64,000 nt of DNA from an uncultured Verrucomicrobiae bacterium (lineage in GTDB: Bacteria > Verrucomicrobiota > Verrucomicrobiia > Chthoniobacterales > UBA10450), in the NCBI GenBank assembly GCA_963726745.1, contig CAVSDR010000005.1, positions 1-64,000 on the forward strand, written 5' to 3'. This document shows, in pieces, positions 1 to 11,858 of the stretch. Position 1 is the stretch's first letter; the number at the start of each line of letters is the position of its first letter. A program made the position numbers and the translations under genes. Below the pieces are notes generated by a model. That model searched no databases and was not told the origin of the DNA. It worked only from the letters and a program-made list of their open reading frames with translations.

Positions 1-44
1 GCCCTTTGGAGGCGTTATTCATGGTTCGAATCCATGCGGGGTAG
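1..44 (+). tRNA. tRNA-Gln(TTG), 5' part truncated by window edge
   Basis: Anticodon arm GCC-CTTTGGA-GGC (anticodon TTG at 6-8), T-arm CATGG-TTCGAAT-CCATG, then acceptor 3' strand CGGGGTA and G discriminator; CCA not encoded. Confidence 0.85.
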
Positions 45-100
45 CGCGGTGATTGTTTGGCGCGGGCACCGCCGCTCCTTGGAAAAATTTTGGTTAGGCC

Positions 101-379
101 CTATTGCCAACCGCGGGTGAGGTAGTCGCTAAGCGCGAGCGCGAGCAGGATCGCCAACCAAAAGACACCGGCGCTGGCAAAGACCCAAATCAGCGGTTTT
201 TGGTAGCGTAGGTGCATGAAGAAGACGGCGATCAGGGCAGCTTTTGCCACCGAGATGAGAAGCGCGACGACGGTGTTGAGCGGACCGAGGTCCACGTAGG
301 CCACACCCAGAGTGAGCGCGAGCAGGCCGAGCAGCGCGGCGGCGTTGATCCAGTAAGTGCGTGCGCTTGGGTGATTCAT
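101..379 (-). CDS. cytochrome c oxidase subunit IV family protein
   Basis: MNHPSARTYWINAAALLGLLALT...KAALIAVFFMHLRY; three hydrophobic helices; last gene of the cox operon. Confidence 0.85.
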   Translation of the reverse strand: MNHPSARTYWINAAALLGLLALTLGVAYVDLGPLNTVVALLISVAKAALIAVFFMHLRYQKPLIWVFASAGVFWLAILLALALSDYLTRGWQ

Positions 380-1030
380 CCGTGCCGGTTCACCAGGTAG
401 AGCAGCGGGTAGAGAAAAACCCAGACGACGTCGACGAAATGCCAGTAAAGGCCTAGCAAGTCGATCGGCTGGTCGTGATCGCGGAAGGAATCGAAGAGCC
501 AGGCGCGGAGCGCGAAGAAGCCGAGCAGTCCGATCCCGATTGTGACATGCAGCGCGTGCACCCCGGTCAGCAGCCAGTAGAGATAGAAGAACATCTCGGC
601 GTGGCGCGGATCGTTGCCGGCAAATTGGAAACTGCTGCCCCGGCAGGAGGTGCTCATGGATTTCGTGGGCATACTCCACGCCCTTGATCGCGAGGAAAGC
701 GATGCCTAACGAGGCCGTCACCAGGAGGAGCAAGCCGAGCAGCCCACGACGATTCTGTTGCGCCGCGCGCACCGCAAAGGCCATGACCGCGCTGCTCACG
801 AGCAGCACCGCGGTATTGACCGATCCGAATGCAACCAGCGTATGCCGGCTCGCTTCCGCGAAGGCCTCGGGATAGGAAATCCGGTAGACGGTGTAACCGA
901 GAAACATTCCGCCAAAAAAGAGGACCTCGGTCGCGAGGAAAATCCACATCCCCATGGTCGAGGCTTCGCGCTGTTGCGCGGCATCGTCGAACTGATGCTC
1001 GACCGGTCCGAGGGTGGTCGCTTCAGGCAT
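376..1030 (-). CDS. coxC: cytochrome c oxidase subunit III (frameshift near 640)
   Basis: GMWIFLATEVLFFGG in one frame, continued by LTGVHALHV and GLYWHFVDVVW in another. Confidence 0.9.
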
Positions 1031-2680
1031 GCGCTGGCTCCTTTGCCTCCTCGGCCGCGGCGTCGTATTCGTAGGGTCCCTCGGTCACAACCGGTGTGAG
1101 CTCAAAATTATCCTTCGGCGGCGGGGAGGAGGTGGTCCATTCCAGCCCCGTCGCATTCCAGGGATTCGGGCCCGAAATTTTGCCGTAGCGCCATGACCAG
1201 AGCAGATAGGTCAGCGGTAAAAGGTAACCGAGTGCGAGGATCGACGCGCCGGCGGTAGACAGCACATTGAGCACTTGGAATTCCGGCGCGTAGACGTGGT
1301 AACGCCGCGGCATTCCCAGATAGCCGAGGATGAACTGCGGGAAGAAGGTCAGGTTAAAGCCGGCGAAAATTGTCAGCGCGGAAAGTTTCGCCAGCCATTC
1401 CGGGATAGAGCCGCCCGCTGATTTTCGGCCACCAGAAATGGAGGCGCGCCGAGGTAGGCCATGACCATGCCGCCGACCATGATGTAATGGAAATGCGCGA
1501 TCACGAAGTAGGTGTCGTGCACATGCACATCCACCGCGAGCGCCGCGAGGAAGAGCCCGGTCAGCCCGCCGATCATGAAGAGACCGATAAAACCGAGCGC
1601 GTAGAGCATCGGCGTCTGAAAACGGATCGAGCCCTTGTAGAGGGTCGCGGTCCAGTTGAAGACCTTGATCGCCGACGGGACCGAAACCAGGAAGCTGAGG
1701 ACGGAGAAAATCATCCCCGCGTAGATCGACTGGCTGCTGACGAACATGTGGTGTCCCCAGACGAGGAAACCGAAGACCGCGATGGCCACGCTCGAGCCAG
1801 CGATGAACTTGTAGCCAAAGATTTTCTTGCGCGCGAAACAGGTGATCAGCTCGCTGACCACCCCCATGCCCGGGAGGATCATGATGTAGACCGCCGGGTG
1901 CGAGTAGAACCAGAAGAGATGCTGGAAGAGCAGCGGGTCGCCGCCTAACGAGGGATTGAAAATGCCCACGCCGAAGGCCCGCTCGAGGGCCATGAGCGTA
2001 AGGGTGATCGCCAGCACTGGCGTCGCCAGGACCATGATGATGCTGGTGGTGTAGAGCGACCAAACGAAGAGCGGGAGCCGCATCCAGGTCATCCCCGGCG
2101 CGCGCATCTTGTGCGTGGTCACGATGAAGTTCAGCCCGGTGGCGATGGAGCTAAAGCCGGCGATGAAAATGCCGGTCGCCATCGCGATCACGTGGCCATT
2201 CGCGTAGGTGCTGCTGTAAGGCGTGTAGAAGGTCCAGCCGGTATCGACCCCGCCGGAGACGATGGCGAAAAGCGCGAAGGCGCCGCCGAACATGAAAAGA
2301 TACCAGCTCGCCAGGTTCAGCTTGGGGAAGGCGACATCGCGCGCGCCAATCATCAGCGGCAGGAGAAAATTTCCCAGCACCGTCGGGATCGACGGGATCA
2401 GGAAAAACCAGACCATGACCACGCCGTGGATCGTGAAAAGGCGGTTGTAAGTCGACGAGGTCACGAGGTCGCCCTGCGGCGTCAGCAACTCCAGCCGCAT
2501 GAGCGTGGCCGCCGCGCCGCCGATCAGGAAAAAGAAGGTGATCGAGACCATGTAGAGCAGCGCGATCCGCTTGTGGTCGGTGGTGAAGAACCACGAGCGC
2601 AGAGTGACCTGCTCGTTCAGGTAAGTGCGGCGCTCGCGCGCGACCGGTTGCGGCTGCGCCTGCGGGGTGGCCGCGATCAT
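1023..2680 (-). CDS. coxA: cytochrome c oxidase subunit I, type A (frameshifts near 1400-1445)
   Basis: [43 protein letters not shown] motifs. Confidence 0.95.
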
Positions 2681-3628
2681 GGCTGCGCCTCCAGCTTGCT
2701 GCCTAACGATTTCAAATAGGCGATGATCGCATTCAACTCTTCCTCCGAGATCTGCCCCTGGTAGGTCGGCATGACCGGCTCGTAGCCGGCGGCAATCTGT
2801 TTGTTAGGCAGCAAGATGGAGTCGTGCAGGTATTGCTCGTCCGCGGTCACCAGGGTTCCGTCGGAGAGCGGCACTTGGCGCCCAAAAATCCCGTCCAGCA
2901 AAGGCGCGCGCACGGTCGCGTTTGGCGCATGGCAGCCGCTGCAGCCGCGGGCGTGGAAAGGCGCGTGCGCCTTCGCCGATGAGCGACTCCGCCGGCGGTT
3001 GGCCCGCGAGCCAGCGCGCTTGTTCCGCCGGTTCCTGCACGTAGATCGTGCCGACCATTTTCGAGTGATCGGTCCCGCAGTATTGCGCGCAGAAAAGGTG
3101 ATACTTTCCCGGCTTCGTGGGCGTGAACCACTCGGTGGTGTAACGCTCCGGGAGCACATCCTGTTTGTTCCGGAAACCGGGGATGAAGAAGTCGTGGATC
3201 ACATCCTGCGAGATCATGATCAGCTTCACCGGCTGGCCCACGAGCAGGTGAAGTTCGTTGATCTCGCGGCGGCCATCCGGGTGCTGGATCTTCCACATCC
3301 ATTGCTTGCCCACGAGGTAGATTTCGCTCGCGTTCGCCGGCGGGCGCGACATCCCGAAGAAGACGTTCGCGGCCCAGAAGAAGATGCCGAGAAAGAGGAG
3401 CAGCGGCACGATTGTCCAGGTGAGCTCGAAGGGCAGCGTCGAGCGTTTAGCCAGCACTCTGTTCGCCTTCGACCCGCGCCGATAACGCACGCAAAAGAAG
3501 AGCGCCACCGCCACCACGAGCAGCGCAACCACCGAGCAGAGCGCGAGCAGGGCGAAGAAGATCGCGTCGACCGCGGGCGCGTGGTTCGAGGCCGACGGCG
3601 GAAAGAGCGAGGTGAAAAAGGTGCGCAT
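2677..3628 (-). CDS. coxB: cytochrome c oxidase subunit II with C-terminal cytochrome c domain, caa3 type (frameshift near 2960)
   Basis: DVIHDF and [12 protein letters not shown]uA motif; downstream frame carries the CSGCH heme site and MPTYQGQ. Confidence 0.92.
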
Positions 3629-3633
3629 GGAAG

Positions 3634-4425
3634 CTAGACGGCCGGACGCGCGTCACGGCGCAGTTGCAAAACGATGTAGCCACCGAGGAGCAACGCGCTC
3701 CCGATGCCCGCGACCTGGATGACGCGGCCGATGAGCAGCCCGTATTTGCCGGTCGCCGGGTTGTAGTGAAAGCAGAGCAGGAAAACGCGGTCCGCGAGCG
3801 AGCCGACGCGCTCCTGCGAGGCCTCGATCAAAGCCAGCCGGACGTCGCGCGCGGGGTATTCGATTCCCGGGAAATAGCGCGCCACCTTGCCGGCCGGCGT
3901 GAGCACGGTGAGCACGCTCGGATGGGCAAATTGCCGCGTCGCCTCGTCATAGGCGAAGCGGTAGCCGACACTTTGGGCGAGGCGATCAATCGCCGCCTTG
4001 TCGCCGGTAAGGAAATGCCAGCCGTCGACCGCGCCCGGCCGCCCGTAGCGCTCGATGTAGGTCTGCTTCTTGGCCGCGGCCAAAGCCGGGCGCTCCCGCG
4101 GATCGAAGCTCACGACCACGATCTCGTATTCCTTCCCGGCGTCGAAACGGAGGTCCTGCGCGCTTTGCAGGACGCCGTTGAGCACGAGCGTGCAGAGGCT
4201 CGGGCATTCGTAATAAGCGAGCGCGAGCAGGACGGGCCGGCCTTTGCTGAAGAAGCTCCCGAGCGCGACCGCGTGGCCGTGCTCATCGCGCAAGACGGCG
4301 TCGAGCGGGACCTGCGCATGCAGCTTTTGCTCCAGGCCAGCCTGCGCCGCGACCTGTTCCTGCGATGGCTGCGCGACGGCGGTGGCGGCGCAGCAGCAGA
4401 TGAAAATGAAGAGCCATCGCTTCAT
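3634..4425 (-). CDS. SCO1/SenC copper chaperone
   Basis: YYECPSLC (CxxxC) and conserved FAH; signal peptide and C-terminal helix. Confidence 0.9.
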   Translation of the reverse strand: MKRWLFIFICCCAATAVAQPSQEQVAAQAGLEQKLHAQVPLDAVLRDEHGHAVALGSFFSKGRPVLLALAYYECPSLCTLVLNGVLQSAQDLRFDAGKEYEIVVVSFDPRERPALAAAKKQTYIERYGRPGAVDGWHFLTGDKAAIDRLAQSVGYRFAYDEATRQFAHPSVLTVLTPAGKVARYFPGIEYPARDVRLALIEASQERVGSLADRVFLLCFHYNPATGKYGLLIGRVIQVAGIGSALLLGGYIVLQLRRDARPAV

Positions 4426-4847
4426 TGCCGCGATGCCTCCGCTTTGCGCCGCTGCATTTCCAGCGAAGTCACGCCGCTCGCATCCGGCGTTCCCGCGCCG
4501 CGCGTCGGCAGGCCGCGCTCCGCGAGCAACTCCATCGCACGCGTGATCGGGACGTGCGCGATCCCGGCAGCACGATCGACCCAGCCGTAGCTGGCGAGCT
4601 TCGCTTCCTCCGCGGCTTCGTATTGCGCGAGGTCGACCTTTGGGAACACCTGCAACCGCGGCGGCGGTGCGGCGAACTTTGCCTCGAACGCGATCCGCGA
4701 GGCGGCCTGCGGCGAAGGATGGAGCCGCTTAAAAAGCTGGTGGAGCGGGACGAGCCCGGCGCCGATGAGCACGAGCGCGAGCGCGAGGCCGGCGGCAAAG
4801 CCAACCACGAGGCGGACGCTAGCATCGCGCGTTTCGTGTTTAGGCAT
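4422..4847 (-). CDS. small membrane protein between actF and sco (ActG-like)
   Basis: MPKHETRDASVR, one TM helix, PPPRLQ...YGWVDRAAGIAHVPITRAMELL; position within the ACIII operon. Confidence 0.7.
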   Translation of the reverse strand: MPKHETRDASVRLVVGFAAGLALALVLIGAGLVPLHQLFKRLHPSPQAASRIAFEAKFAAPPPRLQVFPKVDLAQYEAAEEAKLASYGWVDRAAGIAHVPITRAMELLAERGLPTRGAGTPDASGVTSLEMQRRKAEASRQ

Positions 4848-5964
4848 CGGGCGTTTCCTCCAGGAGTTCGCGCGCGACCAGCGGTCCGTGCCGCAAAAAA
4901 TGCAGGAAAGCGGCCGCCCAGAATCCGCCGAGCGCGAGAAAGAGCGTGAGATCGAGCCAGTGCACGCGGAAGCCCGCCGGCGTGAAGGTGGGCGCGACCA
5001 GCCAAAAGCTGTGGAGGACATTAGCCGACAAGATGAGCGCGCAGATAAAGAGCAGGCGCTGCCGGTTTCTCTTGGCTGCGCGCGAGAGCAGCAGGAAAAA
5101 CGGCAGGAGGAATTCCGCCGCCATCAGGAGGACGGCAAACGTCTTCCAGCCGCCGCGGCTGCGGTCGAGATACCAGCCGATTTCGCGCGGCAAATTACCC
5201 GACCAGATGATGAGGAATTGCGAGAAAGTGACGTAGATCCAGAAGATCACGAAAGCCAGGAGCAGGCTCCCGAGATCGTTAAAAACCTTCAACGGGATGC
5301 GGTCGCCTAACGAGCGGTCGCGCGCGGCGAGCGCCAGCATCCCGGTGAGAAGCGCGAGCGCGCCGAGGAAATGCCCGGCCATGAAGATGACCACGAAAAT
5401 GGTCGAGAACCATTCCGGATCGAGCGACATCGCCCAGTCCGTCGAGGCGAAGTTCATGCAGAGCACGTAGGCGATCAGCCCGCCGGCGCTGAGCACGGTC
5501 AGGCGCGTGGATACTTCCCGCGGATCGTTTTGCGCGAAAGCCAGGCGGCGCAGAAAAACTGCCAGCAGGCTTAGGAGCCCGAGGTAAAAGAGCGAGCGCA
5601 CGGTGAAGAACGGGACCGTGAGCCATTGCGCCCGGTGATGGTAGGCGCTGCCTTCGAAGCCGTGCGTCCAGGAATAGATGTCGCCCAGCCCGTGGAGCAC
5701 AGGGAGGAAGAGCAGCGCCATCAGCGGGACGGTCCCGATGGCCGCGAGCGCGAATGGGCGCAGGGCCAGGCCCCACATTCCGCCGGTGAGGAATTGCATC
5801 ATCAGGATGACGAGCGCGCCAAACGAGAGCCCGCTCCAGAAGAGCCACGCGAAGAGGTAAGCGTGGAAGAACTCCGCGCGGCTAACGAACAGTCCAACGA
5901 ACGAAAAGGCGGCCGCGATCGTGCCCAGCAGGAGGAACGGCATGCGCCAGCGGCTGAAGTTCAT
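4840..5964 (-). CDS. actF: alternative complex III subunit F
   Basis: Polytopic membrane protein with DWAMSLDPEWFSTIF and FSQFLIIWSGNLPRE. Confidence 0.88.
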   Translation of the reverse strand: MNFSRWRMPFLLLGTIAAAFSFVGLFVSRAEFFHAYLFAWLFWSGLSFGALVILMMQFLTGGMWGLALRPFALAAIGTVPLMALLFLPVLHGLGDIYSWTHGFEGSAYHHRAQWLTVPFFTVRSLFYLGLLSLLAVFLRRLAFAQNDPREVSTRLTVLSAGGLIAYVLCMNFASTDWAMSLDPEWFSTIFVVIFMAGHFLGALALLTGMLALAARDRSLGDRIPLKVFNDLGSLLLAFVIFWIYVTFSQFLIIWSGNLPREIGWYLDRSRGGWKTFAVLLMAAEFLLPFFLLLSRAAKRNRQRLLFICALILSANVLHSFWLVAPTFTPAGFRVHWLDLTLFLALGGFWAAAFLHFLRHGPLVARELLEETPDA

Positions 5965-6530
5965 GGCTGCGCGGCCTCCAGTTCTTTGCGGCCGGACTCG
6001 TCGGCCTCGGCCGGGGCGGCGTGCTGGCTCAATTGCAGCGCGCGGATGTAGGCCGCAATCGCCCAGCGATCGGCCGGCGGGACCCGGGAAGCGTAGGAAT
6101 ACATCACCCCGTAGCCGCGCGTGATCACATCCACGAAGTGTCCCGGCGGCGCCTCGCGCAGGCGCGCTTCGTGGAACGAGGGCGGCGGCGGGAAGCCGCG
6201 CTGCACGATCATTCCATTGCCTGCGCCAGTGAGGCCGTGGCAGACCGAGCAGTAGATATTGTAGCGTTCCCGGCCGCGCGCGAGCAGCGCGGGCGTGACC
6301 GGCTCAGGAAAGGTGGCGGCCAATTGGTCGCCTATTTTGCCAGTGAAGAACTGCTCGTCCGCGCGCAGCTGGCCGCGCGCGACGGTGTGCGCCGGCGGGA
6401 CGCGGGCGGCACGGCCATCGGCGAAGAAATTTTCCTCGGCGAGCGGCTTGAGCTTTTGCTGGTCGACCATCCCGCGCCGGCAGGAAACGAGCGCGGCTGA
6501 GAAAAGAGCCAGCAGAATGAGTCGTCTCAC
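5961..6530 (-). CDS. actE: alternative complex III monoheme cytochrome c lipoprotein subunit E
   Basis: GTG start overlapping the actD stop; lipobox-like LVSC; MVDQQK; CSVCH; GYGVMYSY. Confidence 0.88.
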   Translation of the reverse strand: MRRLILLALFSAALVSCRRGMVDQQKLKPLAEENFFADGRAARVPPAHTVARGQLRADEQFFTGKIGDQLAATFPEPVTPALLARGRERYNIYCSVCHGLTGAGNGMIVQRGFPPPPSFHEARLREAPPGHFVDVITRGYGVMYSYASRVPPADRWAIAAYIRALQLSQHAAPAEADESGRKELEAAQP

Positions 6531-7060
6531 CGTTCGACCTCCGTGACGCGCTCCGCGCCTAACGAGTGCAGGAACAGCCGCACCTCCTCCGCCTGGAAAA
6601 CGTGGTCGCGCGCCTCGATGCAAAGAAAGAAGCGCGTCTGGCTGGCCAGCTGGAACCCGGGCGCGTTGAAGACCGGGTGATGGAGCCGCGGCAGGCCGTT
6701 GCGGAAGAGCATCCCGAAGACGCCGGCAAGAGCCGCGAAGAGCACCGTGAGCTCGAAGGTGATCGGGACAAACGCGGGCCAACTATGCTCCGGGCGGCCG
6801 CCGACATTCAGTGGGTAATCGATCACCGCGGAATACCACTGCATCCCGTAGGCCGTGACCGCGCCGATGATTCCGCCCAGCAAAACCACCAGCGGCATCC
6901 GGGTTTTCCGAAAGCCGATCGCCTCGGCTACGCCCTCGACCGCGTAGGGCGAATAGGCGTCCATTTGGCGATAGCCGGCAGCGTGGGCCGCGCGCGCGGC
7001 GTGGAGCAATTGCTCCGGCTCGCGGAATTCCGCCATGATTCCGTGCAGCGGCGCGCTCAT
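6527..7060 (-). CDS. actD: alternative complex III subunit D (DUF3341)
   Basis: GIMAEF...DAYSPY...YPLNVGGRP...PITFELTVL. Confidence 0.9.
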   Translation of the reverse strand: MSAPLHGIMAEFREPEQLLHAARAAHAAGYRQMDAYSPYAVEGVAEAIGFRKTRMPLVVLLGGIIGAVTAYGMQWYSAVIDYPLNVGGRPEHSWPAFVPITFELTVLFAALAGVFGMLFRNGLPRLHHPVFNAPGFQLASQTRFFLCIEARDHVFQAEEVRLFLHSLGAERVTEVER

Positions 7061-8412
7061 TTCCGGCCCTCCTTTTTCTCGTGCACCAGCTCGCGCATTT
7101 CGCTGATGGAAATAGCCGGCAGGATGCGCAGGAAGAGAAAGAGCAGCGTGAGGAAAAGTCCGAAGGAGCCGATGAAGGTGAGCCAATCCCAGCGCGTCCC
7201 GTGGAACATTCCCCAGGAGGACGGGAGAAAATCGCGATGCAGGCTGGTGACCACGATGACGTAGCGCTCGGTCCACATGCCGACATTGACCAGGAGCGAG
7301 ATGACGAAGAGCGCGGGGATGCTCGTGCGGACTCGCCGGAACCAAAGCGCCTGCGGCGTGAGGACATTGCAGGCGATCAGGATCCAGTAGGCCGGCCAAT
7401 ACGGGCCGAGCATGCGATTGACCGCGAGGTAGATCTCGAAGCGGTCATCGCTATACCAGGCCATGAAGTTCTCCGTGAGGTAACCGTGCGCGACCATCAG
7501 CCCGGTCGCGAGCATGACCTTGGCGGCATTTTCCAGATGCCGCAGGGTAATGAAATCCTGCAGCCCGTAGACGTGGCGGATGGGAATCGCGAGCGTGAGC
7601 ACCATCGCGAAGCCGGAGAAGATCGCGCCGGCGACGAAGTAGGGCGGGAAGATGGTCGAGTGCCAGCCGGGGACGATGGCGATGGCAAAATCCAGCGAGA
7701 CCACGCTGTGGACCGAAAGGACCAGCGGCGTGGCCAGCCCCGCGAGGAGGAGATAGACCACGTGAAAGCGTTTCCAATGTCTCGCCGAACCGCGCCAGCC
7801 TAACGAGAGGATGCCGTAGAGCCGCGCGATCGTCCGGTTGCCCGCGCGATCGCGCATCGTGGCCACGTCCGGGAGCAGCCCGACATACCAAAACAGGAGC
7901 GAGACCACCAGGTAAGTCGTGACCGCAAAGACATCCCAGACGAGCGCGCTGCGCCATTGCGGCCAGAGGCCCATGGTATTCGGATACGGCAGGAGCCAGT
8001 AGAAGACCCACGGCCGCCCGAGATGGAGCAGCGGAAAGAGCCCGGCGCAGGCGACCGCGAAAAGCGTCATCGCCTCGGCGAAGCGATTGATCGAGGTGCG
8101 CCAATCCTGATGCAGGAGCAGCAGGATCGCGGAAATGAAAGTGCCTGCGTGGCCGATGCCGATCCACCAGACGAAATTGGTGATCGCGAAGCCCCAGGCC
8201 ACCGGCTGGTTCACCCCCCAGATGCCCACGCCCTTGAGCAGGAGCCACGCGATCGTGAAGAGGAACAGCATCAGCAGCGCGAAGGCCGCGGCGAAGCCCA
8301 GGATCCAGCCGCGCCGCAGCGGCCGCTGGAGGACCGCGCCTGCGATCTTCGCCGTCACCGAGGCGTTGTCGTAGCCCGGCGCAACGATCGGTTCCTGCAC
8401 TTCGGCGCTCAT
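7057..8412 (-). CDS. actC: alternative complex III NrfD-family quinol-binding subunit C
   Basis: NFVWWIGIGHAGT, INRFAEAMT, HLGRPW, SVHSVVSLDF, WHSTIFPPYF. Confidence 0.95.
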   Translation of the reverse strand: MSAEVQEPIVAPGYDNASVTAKIAGAVLQRPLRRGWILGFAAAFALLMLFLFTIAWLLLKGVGIWGVNQPVAWGFAITNFVWWIGIGHAGTFISAILLLLHQDWRTSINRFAEAMTLFAVACAGLFPLLHLGRPWVFYWLLPYPNTMGLWPQWRSALVWDVFAVTTYLVVSLLFWYVGLLPDVATMRDRAGNRTIARLYGILSLGWRGSARHWKRFHVVYLLLAGLATPLVLSVHSVVSLDFAIAIVPGWHSTIFPPYFVAGAIFSGFAMVLTLAIPIRHVYGLQDFITLRHLENAAKVMLATGLMVAHGYLTENFMAWYSDDRFEIYLAVNRMLGPYWPAYWILIACNVLTPQALWFRRVRTSIPALFVISLLVNVGMWTERYVIVVTSLHRDFLPSSWGMFHGTRWDWLTFIGSFGLFLTLLFLFLRILPAISISEMRELVHEKKEGRK

Positions 8413-11150
8413 GACGCGGCGAGCTCCGGGTTCAGGTTCACCAGCTTCGCGAGGTAGGTGGTGCGCGGACGGGTGTTCAATTCCGCGAGCAGACCGTAGT
8501 TCAAGGGCGAGGCGCGCAGCCGGGCCACGCGGCTGCCGGCGTCATTCAAGTCGCCAAAGACGATCGCATCCGCCGGGCAGGCTTGGGCGCACGCGGGCAC
8601 GATCGCGCCGTCGGCGATCTCGCTGTTTGTTTTGCGCGCCTCGATTTTGACCGCGTTGATCCGCTGGATGCAATAGGTGCACTTCTCCATCACCCCGCGG
8701 CTGCGCACCGAGACGTCCGGGTTGCGCATCAGCTTGCGTGTGGCGGGCTGCTCGAATTGGTTCGCGTCGTATTCGAGGAAATTGAAGCGCCGCACTTTGT
8801 AGGGGCAGTTGTTCGAGCAATAACGCGTGCCGATGCAGCGGTTGTAGACCATCTGGTTAAGGCCTTCGCTGCTGTGGACGGTGGCCGCGACCGGGCAGAC
8901 GAGCTCGCAGGGCGCGTTCTCGCAATGCATGCACGGCACCGGCTGGTGCAGCACCCGGTCCCTTTCGAGGTAGCGATCGACGCGGATCCAATGCATCTCC
9001 CGCCCGCGCGCGACCTGTTCCCGGCCGACCACCGGGATGTTGTTTTCCGCCTGGCAGGCGATCGTGCAAACGCCGCAGCCGATGCAGGTCTGGAGATCGA
9101 TCACCATCCCCCAGGCGTGCCCGGCGTAAGCGACCTTTGGATAAAGCGTTTCCTCCGCGGTCGGCGGCGGTTCGCCCGCGCGCGCCGGCGCGGCCGGATT
9201 GGCCGAAAATTGCGCCAGCGTCCCCGTGCGGACCAGGTCGCGTCCGTGCATGTCCCAGTGCTCCTGCGTGGTCACGAGCTCGTGCCGCGCGCCGGTCTTC
9301 GCCAGCTCGAGCCCGGCCCCACCCCAGAGTGCGTCGCTCGTGCGCAAGGCCGCGGCGTTGAAGCCGACGCCATTCCCCACGCTCCCGGCCGCGGTCCGTC
9401 CGTAGCCCAGGTGAATCGTCACCGAGTCGTCCGCTTGCCCAGGCAGAATCCAGACCGGTGCGCGCAACGAGCGGCCGCGGAGATTCAGCTCCACCACATC
9501 GCCGCTTTCCAACGCGCGCTCTCGCGCGAGCGCCGGACTAACGAGCGCCGCGTTATCCCAGACGATCTGCGTCAAAGGGTCGGGTAATTCCTGCAGCCAG
9601 GCGTTGTTCGCGAAGCGGCCGTCGAGCAGGCGCGGGCTCGGGCGGATGAGCAAGTGGAGGGGATTTCCGAGTTGCGAATTCTGAGTTTCGATCGGCGACG
9701 AAACGGTCGGCGGCAGGCCAGGTTCTGCGACCACGCCGTCGTGCACCGCTTGGCGCCACCATTGCTCGAAGTCGGGCGCGGAATGCTGCGCCTGCCAATG
9801 GGCGCGCACGATTTCGTAAGCGCTGGCCGGCGGTTCCTCGAGCAAAACAGACAGCAACTCGTGCGGCGAACGCCCGGCGAAAAGCGGCTCGATCATCGGC
9901 TGCTGGATCGTGGCCGTGCCGTCGAAAGCGCGGGCATCGCCCCAGGTCTCGAGCGCGTGCGCCTGCGGCAGGTGCCAATGGCAAAGCGCCGCGGTCTCGT
10001 CCCGGTAAAGGCCGAGATGGACGCTCCGCGGCAGCTTTGGCAGCAGCTCGGCGAACTGAAAATCTGCCGGCGCGTTGTGCACGGGATTGCCGCCGAGAAC
10101 GAGGAGCGTCTCGACCGTGCCCGCCCGCATCTCGCTGGCTAATTCCGCGAAGTCGCGCGCGGCTGTCGGCGTTTCGCCGGGATACTCGACCGTCTGCCCG
10201 ACGTTGCCTAACGACTCGTTAAGTTGTCGCGCGAGCGCCTGCACCTCGGGGGCTTCGTAGTCACCTGCGACCACCAGGGAACGCCCGGCGTGGGCCCGGA
10301 GGTCGCGCGCGATCGGGTGATCGCCCGCGAGGAGGTGGCGCGCAAAATCAGCCAGCGCCCTGGCCCCGACGACGAAACGATGATCCGCCATCGTCCCGGT
10401 GAGCGTAGGCGTGGACTCGGCCGCGTAGAGCCGATTCATCCCGCGCTCCGGCCGGCGGCGGGCGGCGAATTGCCGGGCATAGCGCGGCGCGGCCGGGCCG
10501 GTGGCGAGGAAATCCGCGCCCAGGCTCAGGATCACTTCCGCGCGGTCGAAATGGTAAATTGCGCGCGGCGCGTTCCCCGCCAGCGGATCGAAGACGTGCC
10601 ACTTCGCCGCCGGAAATTTAGCCAGCACTTTGGCGATCTGCGCGAGGAGCGTGGGCGAAGTCTCGTGCTCGGTGAGAAGGCGGAGCCCGGCGCCGCCATT
10701 CGCTTTCCATTGCCGGAGCGCGCCCGCGAGCTCGCCGAGAAAGTCATTCCAAGTCGCGACCGACCCGCGATGCCACGCCGCCTGCGAACGCTCGGGATCG
10801 TAGAGCGCGAGCAGCTCCGCCTGCAGGAAAACATCGGTCGCGCCGAGGCTCGCGGGATGTTGCGGGTTGCCCTCGATCTTCGTCGGCCGGCCTTCGTGCG
10901 TTTCCACAAGCACGCCGCGGGCATAGCCGCCGAGGGTAAGGGCGGTCGCGTAATAGAGGGGCTTCCCGGGAATGATCTCCTCCGGCTGGACGCGGTAGGG
11001 GACGATCGTCTCCCGCGGATTGCGGGTGCAACCGGCGGTCGCGAGCGCAACCGATGCGCCCATGAGCTGGAGGAAGCGCCGGCGGCTCAACTCATGGGGC
11101 CAATCGCCGGCGCCGAGCGGGAATTCCTCCGGTGTCCTTAGCGATGACAT
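8409..11150 (-). CDS. actB: alternative complex III subunit B (molybdopterin-like domain fused to Fe-S domain)
   Basis: Tat motif [63 protein letters not shown]. Confidence 0.95.
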   Translation of the reverse strand: MSSLRTPEEFPLGAGDWPHELSRRRFLQLMGASVALATAGCTRNPRETIVPYRVQPEEIIPGKPLYYATALTLGGYARGVLVETHEGRPTKIEGNPQHPASLGATDVFLQAELLALYDPERSQAAWHRGSVATWNDFLGELAGALRQWKANGGAGLRLLTEHETSPTLLAQIAKVLAKFPAAKWHVFDPLAGNAPRAIYHFDRAEVILSLGADFLATGPAAPRYARQFAARRRPERGMNRLYAAESTPTLTGTMADHRFVVGARALADFARHLLAGDHPIARDLRAHAGRSLVVAGDYEAPEVQALARQLNESLGNVGQTVEYPGETPTAARDFAELASEMRAGTVETLLVLGGNPVHNAPADFQFAELLPKLPRSVHLGLYRDETAALCHWHLPQAHALETWGDARAFDGTATIQQPMIEPLFAGRSPHELLSVLLEEPPASAYEIVRAHWQAQHSAPDFEQWWRQAVHDGVVAEPGLPPTVSSPIETQNSQLGNPLHLLIRPSPRLLDGRFANNAWLQELPDPLTQIVWDNAALVSPALARERALESGDVVELNLRGRSLRAPVWILPGQADDSVTIHLGYGRTAAGSVGNGVGFNAAALRTSDALWGGAGLELAKTGARHELVTTQEHWDMHGRDLVRTGTLAQFSANPAAPARAGEPPPTAEETLYPKVAYAGHAWGMVIDLQTCIGCGVCTIACQAENNIPVVGREQVARGREMHWIRVDRYLERDRVLHQPVPCMHCENAPCELVCPVAATVHSSEGLNQMVYNRCIGTRYCSNNCPYKVRRFNFLEYDANQFEQPATRKLMRNPDVSVRSRGVMEKCTYCIQRINAVKIEARKTNSEIADGAIVPACAQACPADAIVFGDLNDAGSRVARLRASPLNYGLLAELNTRPRTTYLAKLVNLNPELAAS

Positions 11151-11794
11151 GTGTAGCAGTCGGTCAAGCCGGCGGTCTGGATCTTGTTCTCGGTCACGAG
11201 CCGCTGGCCTAACGAGTGGTCGCCCGGCGGGCGAGTCCAGTCGAGGTTAAAGACTTCGCTTTGCGGCCGGACGAACTTGGCCGGGTGGCGGTGGCACTCG
11301 AGGCACCACTGCATGTAAAGCTCCTGCGTCTTCCAGGTGAGCGGCATCTCGTTTACCGGACCATGGCAGGTGGCGCAGCCGACACCTTTGGCCACGTGGA
11401 TACTGTGGTTGAAGTAGACGTAGTCGGGCAGGTCGTGCACCCGGGTCCATTTGATCGGTGCGCCCGTTTGCCAGCTGTCGCGCACCGGCTGGAGCACGGG
11501 CGCCTCCTTCCAGACCTGCGAGTGACAGGTCATGCAGGTTTCGGTGGGCGGGAGACCGGCGAAGGCGCTGACTTCGACTCCAGTGTGGCAATAGCGGCAA
11601 TCGATCCCAAGCCCGCCGACGTGATGTTGATGGCTAAACGGGACCGGCTGTTCCAGCGGGTAGCCGACGTGCGTCCAGAAGGGCGAGCGCGCAAAAGCAT
11701 AGAGCCCCGCGGAGAGCAGCAGCACCGCCAGGGGCACGCCGAGGAGCACCGCCCGGGCGAGGGAATTCGCGCGCTCTTTAAATAGCTGGGCCAT
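11138..11794 (-). CDS. actA: alternative complex III pentaheme cytochrome c subunit A
   Basis: Five CxxCH motifs (CRYCH, CMTCH, CATCH, CLECH, CYTCH) and N-terminal TM. Confidence 0.95.
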   Translation of the reverse strand: MAQLFKERANSLARAVLLGVPLAVLLLSAGLYAFARSPFWTHVGYPLEQPVPFSHQHHVGGLGIDCRYCHTGVEVSAFAGLPPTETCMTCHSQVWKEAPVLQPVRDSWQTGAPIKWTRVHDLPDYVYFNHSIHVAKGVGCATCHGPVNEMPLTWKTQELYMQWCLECHRHPAKFVRPQSEVFNLDWTRPPGDHSLGQRLVTENKIQTAGLTDCYTCHR

Positions 11795-11858
11795 CCAAAA
11801 GACCGGGTGCCGGACTGCGCATCATCTATTTATCGCAGCGCACGGGCTGGCAGACGTT

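Noticed and set aside
1..100. tRNA-Gln as the integration site of a genomic island
   Set aside because: No integrase or duplicated tRNA 3' end seen; motif density and GC look uniform across the window.
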